From the NCBI GenBank assembly GCA_963812135.1, contig CAWETU010000001.1, forward strand, positions 416,001 to 480,000: a DNA stretch of 64,000 bases, given 5' to 3'. The notes under the pieces were generated by a model. The model ran no database searches, was not told the origin of the DNA, and saw only the letters and a list, made by a program, of their open reading frames with translations. How positions within the stretch are numbered: position 1 is the stretch's first letter; each line of letters begins with the position of its first letter. Positions 55,780 to 64,000 of this stretch are shown piece by piece. This DNA comes from Vulcanimicrobiota bacterium. Its GTDB lineage: Bacteria; Vulcanimicrobiota; Vulcanimicrobiia; Eremiobacterales; Eremiobacteraceae. The translations under genes were made by a program, and so were the position numbers.

Positions 55780-57480
55780 ATGCGTCTGCTCAAAACGCTG
55801 CTGCTCGTCAGCACCTATGTCATAGCGGGCCTCTTGTGCCCGCGCGCGGCCCTCGCCGCCTCGCCCACTGTCGGCCAGATCGCTCCCGACTTTTCGCTGC
55901 AAACCACCGCCGGGAAGACCCTCAAGCTCTCGGATCTGCGCGGGAAAGTCGTCGTTGTCAATTTCTTCGCAACCTGGTGCCCGCCGTGCCGCGCGGAGAC
56001 GCCTGACTTGGTCAGCGCGTCCTCTGCGTTCACACCGCGCAACGTCGTCTTTCTCGGCGTCGACGGCAAAGAGGCGTCGCCGCTCGTGCAAGAGTTCGCA
56101 GCGGCGAAGGGCATCGCATTCCCGATAGTCCTGGACCTGGACGGTAAGGTCAACCAACTGTACGACGTCCGCGCGATCCCTACGACGTTCGTGGTGGGAC
56201 GCGACGGCCGGATCGTCTATCGACAAGTCGACCAGCTTTCGAACGCGGTTCTCGCGAGCGCGCTCAACGACGTGCTCGCTGGCCGCACTCCGAACGAGTC
56301 TCCGTTGGGCCGTCAATTTGCGACGGTCGCCGCCGTGGCGACACAAAACGTGAACGCGCTCGTCGCGCAAGCGAATTCGGCGCAGGCCGCGCATGACAAG
56401 GCGGTCGCGCTCGCGGCAGCGAGCCATGCGATCGACGCCGGCGTGGCTGCGAACAAGAAACTCGACGATCTGCAGAGCTTGGACGATCAGTCTTCCATCA
56501 ACTATTACACGAGCACGCAACAGCGCGACACGCTCGGCGTCGCGCTCGCGAGCGCGTACATGTTGCGGTCGCAGATCAGGCTCGCGGGTTCGAAACAGCC
56601 GCCCGCCGGCGCGGCTCGAAGCGACATCGAACAAGCGGATCTGCTGCTCGGACAGCAAGCCGAAGACCAAGAGCGCTTCGCGCAGGCCGAGAACTATTAC
56701 AAGCAGGCAGCGGTTCTCGAGCCCAAAGACACAAAGTCGCTCGACGGCATCTATTTGGCGGCCTACGAGCTGCGCGACTACGCGACGTCAGCGGATGCCG
56801 CGCAGACCGAAGCGCGCATCGCGCCGACCGACCCGGAATCATGGCTCACACTCGCTTCGGCGTACAATTCGCTCAAGCGGTATGACGACGCGATCAACGC
56901 TGAAATGACTGCGTTGGCGTTGGCTGGAGTGGACTACGCGAATCACCCTCGCAAGAAGCACGCTGCGTACGAAGTCGGGCGCGTCTTTTTGAAGATGGGC
57001 CGCACCTCGATCCTTGCGGGCAAGAATGACATTGCCGGACTGTACCTGGCGACGTCATCCACCATGGCGCCCGGCACGATCGTCGCGCAACAGGCGGATG
57101 AACAGTTCGCGGCGCTTTCGCCGCAACCGGTCTACGTGGCGGTGTCGGGTTCGGACAACGTCGCGACGAACGGCTCGCAACCCGCGAAGCTGTACGTGAC
57201 CGTGCGCAATGATGCCTCGACGACGCGCATGGTCCACCTGGCTGCGATGAACGTGCCCAAGAAGTGGGTGCTGTCGTTCTGCTATGACAAGGTCTGCGAT
57301 CCGTACAAGAGCGATGTGTCGCTCGCCCCGAATTCCACGCGCCGCGTGGAGCTGCAAGTCGTGCCGCTCTCGCCCGTCAAAGGCAAGTGGAATATGACGT
57401 TGCATCCGGGCGGCGTCGATCAGATGGACGTCAACGTCGACGGCACCGCAAAGGCGAGCATCACCGTCCTCGCGTCGTAA
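55780..57480 (+). CDS. Secreted TlpA/redoxin-TPR-Ig-like multidomain protein
   Basis: Signal peptide; APDFSL, NFFATWCPPCRAETP, IPTTFVVGRDG; TPR-like helices; beta-rich C-terminal domain. Confidence 0.8.
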   Translation: MRLLKTLLLVSTYVIAGLLCPRAALAASPTVGQIAPDFSLQTTAGKTLKLSDLRGKVVVVNFFATWCPPCRAETPDLVSASSAFTPRNVVFLGVDGKEASPLVQEFAAAKGIAFPIVLDLDGKVNQLYDVRAIPTTFVVGRDGRIVYRQVDQLSNAVLASALNDVLAGRTPNESPLGRQFATVAAVATQNVNALVAQANSAQAAHDKAVALAAASHAIDAGVAANKKLDDLQSLDDQSSINYYTSTQQRDTLGVALASAYMLRSQIRLAGSKQPPAGAARSDIEQADLLLGQQAEDQERFAQAENYYKQAAVLEPKDTKSLDGIYLAAYELRDYATSADAAQTEARIAPTDPESWLTLASAYNSLKRYDDAINAEMTALALAGVDYANHPRKKHAAYEVGRVFLKMGRTSILAGKNDIAGLYLATSSTMAPGTIVAQQADEQFAALSPQPVYVAVSGSDNVATNGSQPAKLYVTVRNDASTTRMVHLAAMNVPKKWVLSFCYDKVCDPYKSDVSLAPNSTRRVELQVVPLSPVKGKWNMTLHPGGVDQMDVNVDGTAKASITVLAS

Positions 57481-57483
57481 TCG

Positions 57484-58326
57484 ATGAAGCTCGGCTCGAT
57501 CTTCGATCGAGCCGTTAGTCTTTGCGCCAAGAACATCGGGCCGATTGCGACATGTATGGCGCCGGCCGCGGTAACTCAACTCGCCGCCTTCCTCGGACCG
57601 TGGTTTCCCGAGCCCCCGGAAAGCGTCGCCGCAAGCGATTTCGCTCCATCCGCAATACTATTCGTCGGGGTATCCGCTACTCTCGGCTTCATCCAATGGT
57701 TTTGTGCTGCATCGCTTATGTGCGGGGTTTCGGCGATGTCGCTCGGCCAGCCAACGCAACCGATATCGTGGCTGAGCACAGGATTAAAACGATGGGCAGC
57801 TCTGGCAACTACATTTCTCATACCGGTCGCTGCTGCCGCGGTGCTTTGGGTGCCGCTGGCATTTACGATGGTAAGACTCAACCAAATCATCAGCGGCATC
57901 CGCTTCATCACTCCGCTATCGCTGGATTTTCAACTCGAGGCGATGCGGTACGAAATGCTTGGAGCTCTCCTGATCTTTGCGGTTGGGATTCCATTTGCGT
58001 GGATCACAACCGCCGAGGTGATACTCGGTCAATCGCGCCTGCTACCCGCGGCGATGACGGTGCTGCGCGCCTGTTTTTCGAGAGCTGGTGCCGCCCGTTT
58101 CCTTGGGCTTTCCGCTTCGATCTACGCTCTTTGGGGAGTCTTTCTTGGAATTGCTGCACTGGCGGAAACGATTGATCGGTTCTTCCCAAACCCTCGCATA
58201 GTCGCAAACACAATCGAGGTTGTTGCCGGCGTGGCGGTGGGCGCCTTTATCGCAGTTGTTGTCGCGCTGGCGAGGTCGGAAGGGTATTTGCCAATCGCGC
58301 GCCGGCCCGAGGCCACAGAAGCGTAG
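57484..58326 (+). CDS. Hypothetical multi-pass membrane protein
   Basis: Several hydrophobic segments; N-terminus LGSIFDRAVSL; more A/T-ending codons than neighbours. Confidence 0.65.
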   Translation: MKLGSIFDRAVSLCAKNIGPIATCMAPAAVTQLAAFLGPWFPEPPESVAASDFAPSAILFVGVSATLGFIQWFCAASLMCGVSAMSLGQPTQPISWLSTGLKRWAALATTFLIPVAAAAVLWVPLAFTMVRLNQIISGIRFITPLSLDFQLEAMRYEMLGALLIFAVGIPFAWITTAEVILGQSRLLPAAMTVLRACFSRAGAARFLGLSASIYALWGVFLGIAALAETIDRFFPNPRIVANTIEVVAGVAVGAFIAVVVALARSEGYLPIARRPEATEA

Positions 58327-58364
58327 GCTAACGCCAAAAAGCCTCACGAACATGTGTGTCCCAC

Positions 58365-58418
58365 TTTACAAACAGCCGATAAGTGGGGTATAGTGGGGCA
58401 AAGTGGTTCACCGTGGGG
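58365..58418 (+). promoter_or_regulatory. dcw promoter with MraZ-binding repeats
   Basis: TTTACA-N18-TATAGT; GTGG(G/T) repeats at 58383, 58393, 58403 and 58413 (10-nt period). Confidence 0.8.
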
Positions 58419-58433
58419 ATTGGAACCTCTGTT

Positions 58434-58874
58434 ATGACCGCGCTCCCGAAGTTCACGGGACAGTTCGAACATTCTCTGGACGAGAAGGGTCGTTTGACCA
58501 TCCCGGCCCGTTTTCGCGCGCGCCTTGGCGACCACTTCGTTTTGACGATCGCGCCGCCCGAACCGTGCCTGGCCATGTATCCGGAATCGGCGTGGTCGGA
58601 TTTTTGCGCCAAGCTGGAAGCCGCGCCGCGCAAGGACGCGCAGTATCGCAGCTTCGTCCGCCATCTTTTCGCCCACACGGACGAGGTCACGCTGGATGGC
58701 CAGGGCCGTCTGCTCATCCCACCTACGCTGCGGGAACATGCTCAGCTCGATCGCGACACGGTGCTCGTCGGAGCGCTCACGCGCATCGAGCTCTGGTCCG
58801 CGGATGGCTGGCGCAAAGCCAGCGGTGCGCCGGAGCGCATGGCCGATTTGATGACCGAGCTTGGACTCTACTAG
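58434..58874 (+). CDS. mraZ: Transcriptional regulator MraZ
   Basis: FTGQFEHSLDEKGRLTIPARFR, LDGQGRLLIP, RIELWS. Confidence 0.96.
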   Translation: MTALPKFTGQFEHSLDEKGRLTIPARFRARLGDHFVLTIAPPEPCLAMYPESAWSDFCAKLEAAPRKDAQYRSFVRHLFAHTDEVTLDGQGRLLIPPTLREHAQLDRDTVLVGALTRIELWSADGWRKASGAPERMADLMTELGLY

Positions 58875-59823
58875 CCATGTGCCGGTCATGCTCGCCGAGA
58901 CCCTCGACCTGCTGCTGCCGGCCGCAAGCGAAGGTGCGCCTCGCAAAAGTTCGACTAGCGAGCATCCGCTGTTCGTCGATTGCACCTTCGGCGCAGGCGG
59001 ACACACCCAAGCGTTACTCGATCGAGTTCCCGGCTCGCGCGTCATCGCGCTCGACGCCGACCCGAACGCAGTGGCGCGGGCGGAGGAGCTTGCTCGCAAG
59101 TACCCCCGCCGCGTCACCCCGATCCACGCCAACTTCGCCGAGCTTGGCCCAAAGCTCGCTTCCATTGGAGTCAGCGACGTGAACGGCATCATGTACGATC
59201 TCGGTCTGTCGTCGCTGCAGCTCGCTGACGAGGCGAGAGGCTTCGCGTTCGCCGGCACCGGCGAGCTCGATATGCGCCTGGATCCAACCTCCGACGCCGC
59301 AACCGCTGCACAGTTGCTCGCGACCGCCAAAGAAGGCGAGATCGCGGACATCATCTTCGAATTCGGCGACGAGCGCAACGCGCGGCGCATCGCGCGTCAG
59401 ATCGTCAGGCGTCGGGAACGCTCGCCGTTGCGCACGACGTCGGATCTGGTGGCGGCGGTGCTCTCCGCGCAACCGCGCGCGACGCGCGGCCGGCGCAGTG
59501 CGCTGCATCCCGCGACGCGCACGTTTCTCGCGCTGCGCATGGCGGTCAACGCTGACCTCGAGAGCCTTGCGACGAGCTTGCAAGATGCGATCGCGTGCGT
59601 CGTACCCGGCGGACGGATCGCCGTGATCAGTTTCCACTCCGGCGAGGATCGCGTCGTCAAGCATCAATTCGCCGCATGGCGTCGCGCCGGCGTTGCGGAG
59701 TCGCTGACGCGCAAGCCGATGACGCCGACGCAGACGGAGATCGCCTCGAATCCACGCAGCCGGAGCGCCAAGCTTCGCGCGGTCGAGCGCGCGCACCATC
59801 CCGATCTGCCGAGGAGCGCCTGA
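58861..59823 (+). CDS. rsmH: 16S rRNA m4C1402 methyltransferase
   Basis: HVPVM, DCTFGAGGHT, DLGLSSLQL, LDMR, HPATRTF, ISFHSGEDR, NPRSRSAKLR. Confidence 0.97.
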   Translation: MDSTSHVPVMLAETLDLLLPAASEGAPRKSSTSEHPLFVDCTFGAGGHTQALLDRVPGSRVIALDADPNAVARAEELARKYPRRVTPIHANFAELGPKLASIGVSDVNGIMYDLGLSSLQLADEARGFAFAGTGELDMRLDPTSDAATAAQLLATAKEGEIADIIFEFGDERNARRIARQIVRRRERSPLRTTSDLVAAVLSAQPRATRGRRSALHPATRTFLALRMAVNADLESLATSLQDAIACVVPGGRIAVISFHSGEDRVVKHQFAAWRRAGVAESLTRKPMTPTQTEIASNPRSRSAKLRAVERAHHPDLPRSA

Positions 59824-59825
59824 CC

Positions 59826-60266
59826 GTGCCCGCCGCGCACGCATACAAGCTCGAATTCGACCGCCGCTTGGCCCCGCCGTCGCGCACGGCCCGCGCCGCG
59901 CGCCCAACCAGCCGCGCCGCGCGCCGCAAGAGCATGTCGACGGCACGCATCGTCGCGCTCGTCGCCGCGCCGCTCATCATGTTGTTCGGCTACGTCGGAT
60001 TGACGGCAGAGCTCGCGGCGCAGACGTATCGGCTCAACGCCGATCAGACGCTCCAGGCACAGCTCGTGCAGACCGACGACGCGCTGCGCCAGCATCTCGC
60101 ACAAGTACAATCCGTCGCCAAGCTTGAAGCCGCGGCGGCCGCGCTGCACATGAAGGAACCGGCGCGCACCGCCGTCATCACGCTGCCGTCCGCAAGCACC
60201 AAGCCCACGACCACGGCCTTCGCCGCCCGACTCGCGAGCTTCAAGCGCTTGTTCTTCGCGCGCTGA
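59826..60266 (+). CDS. ftsL: FtsL-like cell division protein
   Basis: Basic N-terminus, one TM, coiled coil; located between rsmH and ftsI; RBS GAGGAG before GTG 59826. Confidence 0.72.
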   Translation: MPAAHAYKLEFDRRLAPPSRTARAARPTSRAARRKSMSTARIVALVAAPLIMLFGYVGLTAELAAQTYRLNADQTLQAQLVQTDDALRQHLAQVQSVAKLEAAAAALHMKEPARTAVITLPSASTKPTTTAFAARLASFKRLFFAR

Positions 60267-60287
60267 GCGCGCGCCGGCCTTGACGCC

Positions 60288-62078
60288 GTGAAGGAAAAGG
60301 AACGCAGCCGCCTCCGCGGGCGAGCTATCGCCGTCTTTTGGCTGTTCTTCATCGTCGCCGGCCTGCTCGGCGTCCGCCTCTACGTCGTACAAGTACGCGA
60401 AGGCGCCGCGCTCGCGTCGATCGCGGTCGATCAACATCGCGCGGAATATCCGGTCAGCGGACGGCGCGGCCGTGTCGTCGACAGGTTCGGTACCGTGTTC
60501 GCGGGCACGTCACCGGCGGTGCAAATATTTGCGCAACCGCCCGACGTCACCGATCCGCACGCCGAAGCGCTCGCGCTCGCCCCGTTGCTGCGCGAACCGG
60601 CGCCGCTCATCGAGCGCCAGCTCACCGAGAAGACGACGTTCGTCTATCTCGGACGCATGCTGCCCAAAGCGCTGGGCGCGAGCGTCGAAGCGCTCGGTCT
60701 TCCAGGCATCGGCACGAGCGACGAGCCGACCGGTTTGCGCATCGATCCGCAAGGTCGGATCGGCTCCACGGTCATCGGCTTCACCGGCATCGACAACCAA
60801 GGGCTCGCGGGCATCGAAGTGTCGTTCAACGACGTGCTCGCAGGCAAGGCGGGCCAAGTGGTCGAGGAGACCGACAGCCAGTTGCGGCCATTGCCGTTCG
60901 GCCGGCGCGTGGTGCACGAGGCGGTCACGGGCGACACGGTCGTGCTCACTCTCGATCGATCGCTGCAGCTCGCGGCCGAAGACGTGCTCGCGAAGACGGC
61001 GTCGACGACCGGCGCGCGTAGCGCCAGCGCGATCGTCATGCGTGCCGATACCGGCGAGATCCTCGCGCTTGCGAACTGGCCCAACTTCGATCCGAATCAT
61101 TACGCCGCATTCCCGCAAGATTCGTATAAGAACCGGGCGATCGCCGATCCCTACGAGCCGGGCTCGACGTTCAAAGTCATCACCGCGACCGCCGCGATCG
61201 ATTCGGGCCGCGTGTCACTCGACGACACCTTCCCCGCTGAGAACGTCATCGACATCGGCGGCTACGTCATCCACAACGCCGACGACGGACTCATGCCCTC
61301 AGGCCATACGCGCGAAACGCTAAGCGACATCGTCACTTTCTCCCACAACGTCGGCGCAGCCGAAGTCGCGCTGCGCGTCGGCAAGAAGACGATGGGCGAA
61401 TATATCAAGCGTTTCGGACTCGACGACGTCAGCGGCATCGATCTGCCGGGCGAGAGCCCTGGCATCATCGACACGCCCGATCATTGGTATGGCTCGCGTG
61501 AGGCGACGATCGCGTTTGGCCAGGGCGTGTCGGTGACCGCGCTTGCGCTGGCCCGCGCCTATGCGGCGATCGCCAATGGCGGCCGCCTGATGAAACCGCT
61601 CATCGTGCGCGAGGTGCTGGATCCCGACGGGCGGGTCGTCACCCGCTACGAGCCTGAGACGGTGCGTCGGGTGATGCGCCCGCAGACGGCGGCAGCGCTG
61701 CTCGCGATGCTGCGTAACGTCGTCAAGAAAGGCACCGGCACGAACGCGGCGATCGCCGGCTACGCGGTCGCGGGCAAGACCGGTACCGCCGAAATCGTCG
61801 CGCACGGCGAATACCAACCCGGCGAATACATCGCTTCCTTCATAGGCATCGTGCCGGCGGATCGACCGCAGTACGTCGTATTGGTCAACGTCGAGCGGCC
61901 GCGCGGCCTGTATTACGGCGGCTTGGTGGCGGCGCCGGCGTTCCGCGAGCTCGCCCGGCGCGTCTTGTGGCGCGAGGGCGTGCTTCCGCAACGCCCGGTG
62001 AGCGCGCTGACGGAGAACGCACCCCCGCGCGAGGCGCCGGCTCCCGCTCGGCGGAATACGTCTCCGAAACATCCATGA
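60288..62078 (+). CDS. ftsI: Class B penicillin-binding protein (FtsI/PBP3)
   Basis: RGRVVDR, EPGSTFK, SHN, GKTGT. Confidence 0.93.
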   Translation: MKEKERSRLRGRAIAVFWLFFIVAGLLGVRLYVVQVREGAALASIAVDQHRAEYPVSGRRGRVVDRFGTVFAGTSPAVQIFAQPPDVTDPHAEALALAPLLREPAPLIERQLTEKTTFVYLGRMLPKALGASVEALGLPGIGTSDEPTGLRIDPQGRIGSTVIGFTGIDNQGLAGIEVSFNDVLAGKAGQVVEETDSQLRPLPFGRRVVHEAVTGDTVVLTLDRSLQLAAEDVLAKTASTTGARSASAIVMRADTGEILALANWPNFDPNHYAAFPQDSYKNRAIADPYEPGSTFKVITATAAIDSGRVSLDDTFPAENVIDIGGYVIHNADDGLMPSGHTRETLSDIVTFSHNVGAAEVALRVGKKTMGEYIKRFGLDDVSGIDLPGESPGIIDTPDHWYGSREATIAFGQGVSVTALALARAYAAIANGGRLMKPLIVREVLDPDGRVVTRYEPETVRRVMRPQTAAALLAMLRNVVKKGTGTNAAIAGYAVAGKTGTAEIVAHGEYQPGEYIASFIGIVPADRPQYVVLVNVERPRGLYYGGLVAAPAFRELARRVLWREGVLPQRPVSALTENAPPREAPAPARRNTSPKHP

Positions 62079-63562
62079 CGAATCCGATGCCGACGCTGCT
62101 CCGGCGCCTGCTCGCCGGAGTTGCTGACGCCCGTGTGAGCGGGGATCCCGACGTCCTCATAACTTCGGTGAGCATCGACTCGCGCCGCATCGAGCGCGGG
62201 GGTCTCTTCGCCTGTCTGCGCGGCCTGCGCGACGACGGTCACGCGCACGCGCGCGAGGCCATCGCCGCCGGCGCGGCCGCCGTGCTGGCCGAGCGGGATC
62301 TCGATATCGGCACCGCGTCGCTGGTCGTGGTGCCGTCGGTGCTCGCGTCGCTGTCGCCGATTGCCGCCGAGCTGTGGGCGCGCCCGGCGAATTCGCTCGT
62401 GTGCGTCGGCGTCACGGGGACGAACGGCAAGACGACGACCACGCATCTTTTTGAATCCATCGCAGCGGCGGCGGGCCGCTCGTTCGGTCTCATCGGAACG
62501 CTCGGCGCGCGCTTGGGCGACAAGTTTTCCGTCGACCTCGACCACACGACCCCGTATGCGCACGACCTTCAAGCGTTGCTCGCGCGCTTTCGCGCGGCGG
62601 GTGCGAACGGCGCCGTGCTCGAGGTCTCAAGCCATGCGCTTGCGATGCATCGCATCGACGACGTCGAGTTCGACGTCACAGCGCTTACCAATGTCACGCA
62701 CGATCATCTCGATTTCCACGGCAGTTTCGAGGAGTACGCGAAGACCAAGCGGCGACTTTTCGATCTAGCGCGGCACAACGAGACCAAGGCGCCGGGCACG
62801 TGCGTCATCAATCTCGATGACCCCGAAGGTCGCCGGATCGCGGCGGAGCTGCCGTCGGCGCTGACCTATTCGATCGCGAGCCCGGACGGCGCGCTGCGCG
62901 CCGTCGATGTGGAGCTGTTCGCCGACGGTTCGCGCTTCCGAGTGCCGGCGCTCCGAGCCGAGCCGTTCACGATGCGGTTGCCCGGTCCGTTCAACGTGGC
63001 CAATGCGATGGCGGCGATCGGCGCAGCGTCGGCGCTCGAGTTCGACGTCGACGCGATCGCGCAGGGCCTGCTGTCGGTCACGACCGTGCCTGGGCGCATG
63101 TCGCAAGTGCCGGCAGAACATATCGGCGTGTATGTCGACTACGCTCACACGCCGGACGGATTGCGCAACGTGTTGCAAGCGGCGCGCGCGCTCACGCAAC
63201 ACCGCGTCGTGTGCGTGTTCGGCTGCGGTGGCGACCGCGACGCGCTCAAGCGGCCGGTGATGGGCCGCATCGCGCGCGAGTTGGCGGATCACGTCGTGCT
63301 GACCAACGACAATCCGCGCTTTGAGGATCCCCAACGCATCGTCAACGACGTGCTCGCCGGATTGGAAGGCGACGGCGCATCCTATACTGTGGTGCTCGAT
63401 CGGGCGCTCGCGATCGAAAACGCTATCGCCGAAGCCGAACCGGGCGATGTCGTCGTCATCGCAGGCAAAGGCCACGAGTCATATCAGCTCGTGCGCGACG
63501 AGCGCTTGCCGTTCTCCGATGTGAGCACGGCCGAGGCGGCCATCCGTAAGGTGGGCGCGTGA
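62075..63562 (+). CDS. murE: UDP-MurNAc-tripeptide ligase, meso-DAP type
   Basis: GVTGTNGKTT, EVSSH, DHLDFH, DYAHTPD, DNPR (DAP specificity), AGKGHE. Confidence 0.97.
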   Translation: MTNPMPTLLRRLLAGVADARVSGDPDVLITSVSIDSRRIERGGLFACLRGLRDDGHAHAREAIAAGAAAVLAERDLDIGTASLVVVPSVLASLSPIAAELWARPANSLVCVGVTGTNGKTTTTHLFESIAAAAGRSFGLIGTLGARLGDKFSVDLDHTTPYAHDLQALLARFRAAGANGAVLEVSSHALAMHRIDDVEFDVTALTNVTHDHLDFHGSFEEYAKTKRRLFDLARHNETKAPGTCVINLDDPEGRRIAAELPSALTYSIASPDGALRAVDVELFADGSRFRVPALRAEPFTMRLPGPFNVANAMAAIGAASALEFDVDAIAQGLLSVTTVPGRMSQVPAEHIGVYVDYAHTPDGLRNVLQAARALTQHRVVCVFGCGGDRDALKRPVMGRIARELADHVVLTNDNPRFEDPQRIVNDVLAGLEGDGASYTVVLDRALAIENAIAEAEPGDVVVIAGKGHESYQLVRDERLPFSDVSTAEAAIRKVGA

Positions 63563-64000
63563 ACAGGTTGACGCTGTCGCGCTTTCTCGAAGCGTCAGGC
63601 GGCATGCTCGCCGGCGGCGAACTCGACGGCGAGCTGCCGTTTGTCCCCAGCACCGACTCGCGGACGTTGCGCCCCGGCGAGACGTTCGTCGCCTTGCGCG
63701 GCCCGAATTTCGACGGCCATCAATATGTGAAGGCGGCGCTCGAGGCCGGTGCGGTCGCGGTGGTGGTGGACCGGGCCGACGCGTTGCCGGTCGATGGCAC
63801 GGTGCCGGCGGTCATCGTCGACGATACGAACGCCGCATATCTGCGCGGCGCCGCCGCGGCACGGCGGCTGGCGTCGGGCACGATACTCGTGGGCGTCACC
63901 GGCAGCGCCGGCAAGACGACCACCAAAGCGTTCGCCGCGCAGCTGATCGGCCGGGTGCGGCGCGTGATCGCGACGCCGATGAACGAGAACAACGAGCTCG
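63559..64000 (+). CDS. murF: UDP-MurNAc-pentapeptide ligase (3'-truncated by the window edge)
   Basis: GTGA overlap with murE; my translation gives STDSRTL..GETFVALRGPNFDGH and GVTGSAGKTTTK. Confidence 0.93.
   Translation, partial: MNRLTLSRFLEASGGMLAGGELDGELPFVPSTDSRTLRPGETFVALRGPNFDGHQYVKAALEAGAVAVVVDRADALPVDGTVPAVIVDDTNAAYLRGAAAARRLASGTILVGVTGSAGKTTTKAFAAQLIGRVRRVIATPMNENNEL

Noticed and set aside
2840..63992. Many long antisense or alternative-frame ORFs (e.g. 5990-7432, 18200-19396, 36257-37615, 49024-50376)
   Set aside because: Arg/Ala/Pro-rich shadows expected in GC-rich coding DNA, each overlapping a gene with clear family motifs
1..64000. CRISPR arrays, IS elements, prophage or defence systems
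   Set aside because: No repeat-spacer arrays, transposase, integrase, phage or defence motifs recognised by eye

Overview
GC-rich bacterial chromosomal window of mostly housekeeping and metabolic genes. I found no CRISPR array, transposase or prophage. Diderm envelope genes (TonB-dependent receptor, LptD/LptF-G/LptC-like, Lnt) together with Terrabacteria-type gene order suggest a lineage such as Eremiobacterota/Vulcanimicrobiota (inference only). Order along the window: end of a canonical pstCAB operon; Pho-box-like repeats; a TonB-dependent receptor; a doubly frameshifted beta-propeller/phosphoesterase; a second, highly divergent pstCAB-like operon whose ATPase has lost four catalytic motifs; cbs-cgl; a small Cys-tailed orphan ORF; IclR; tldD/tldE; tRNA-Leu(CAG); gdh; sorAB; GNAT; egtD; an OpuC/OsmF-type ABC transporter with PRTase, PilZ and EAL-CBS-GGDEF genes; a selenocysteine formate dehydrogenase (in-frame UGA plus SECIS) with Fe-S and NrfD subunits; ferredoxin; polA-mutM-rpsA-coaE; a KGG stress protein; pgi/pmi; an lpt/lnt cluster interrupted by an antisense lipoprotein gene; a TlpA-TPR protein; and the start of the dcw cluster (mraZ-rsmH-ftsL-ftsI-murE-murF). 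The best candidate for an undescribed system is the phosphate-linked unit at 2185-10122, built around a PstB pseudo-ATPase. All protein calls come from motif recognition by eye, without database searches.
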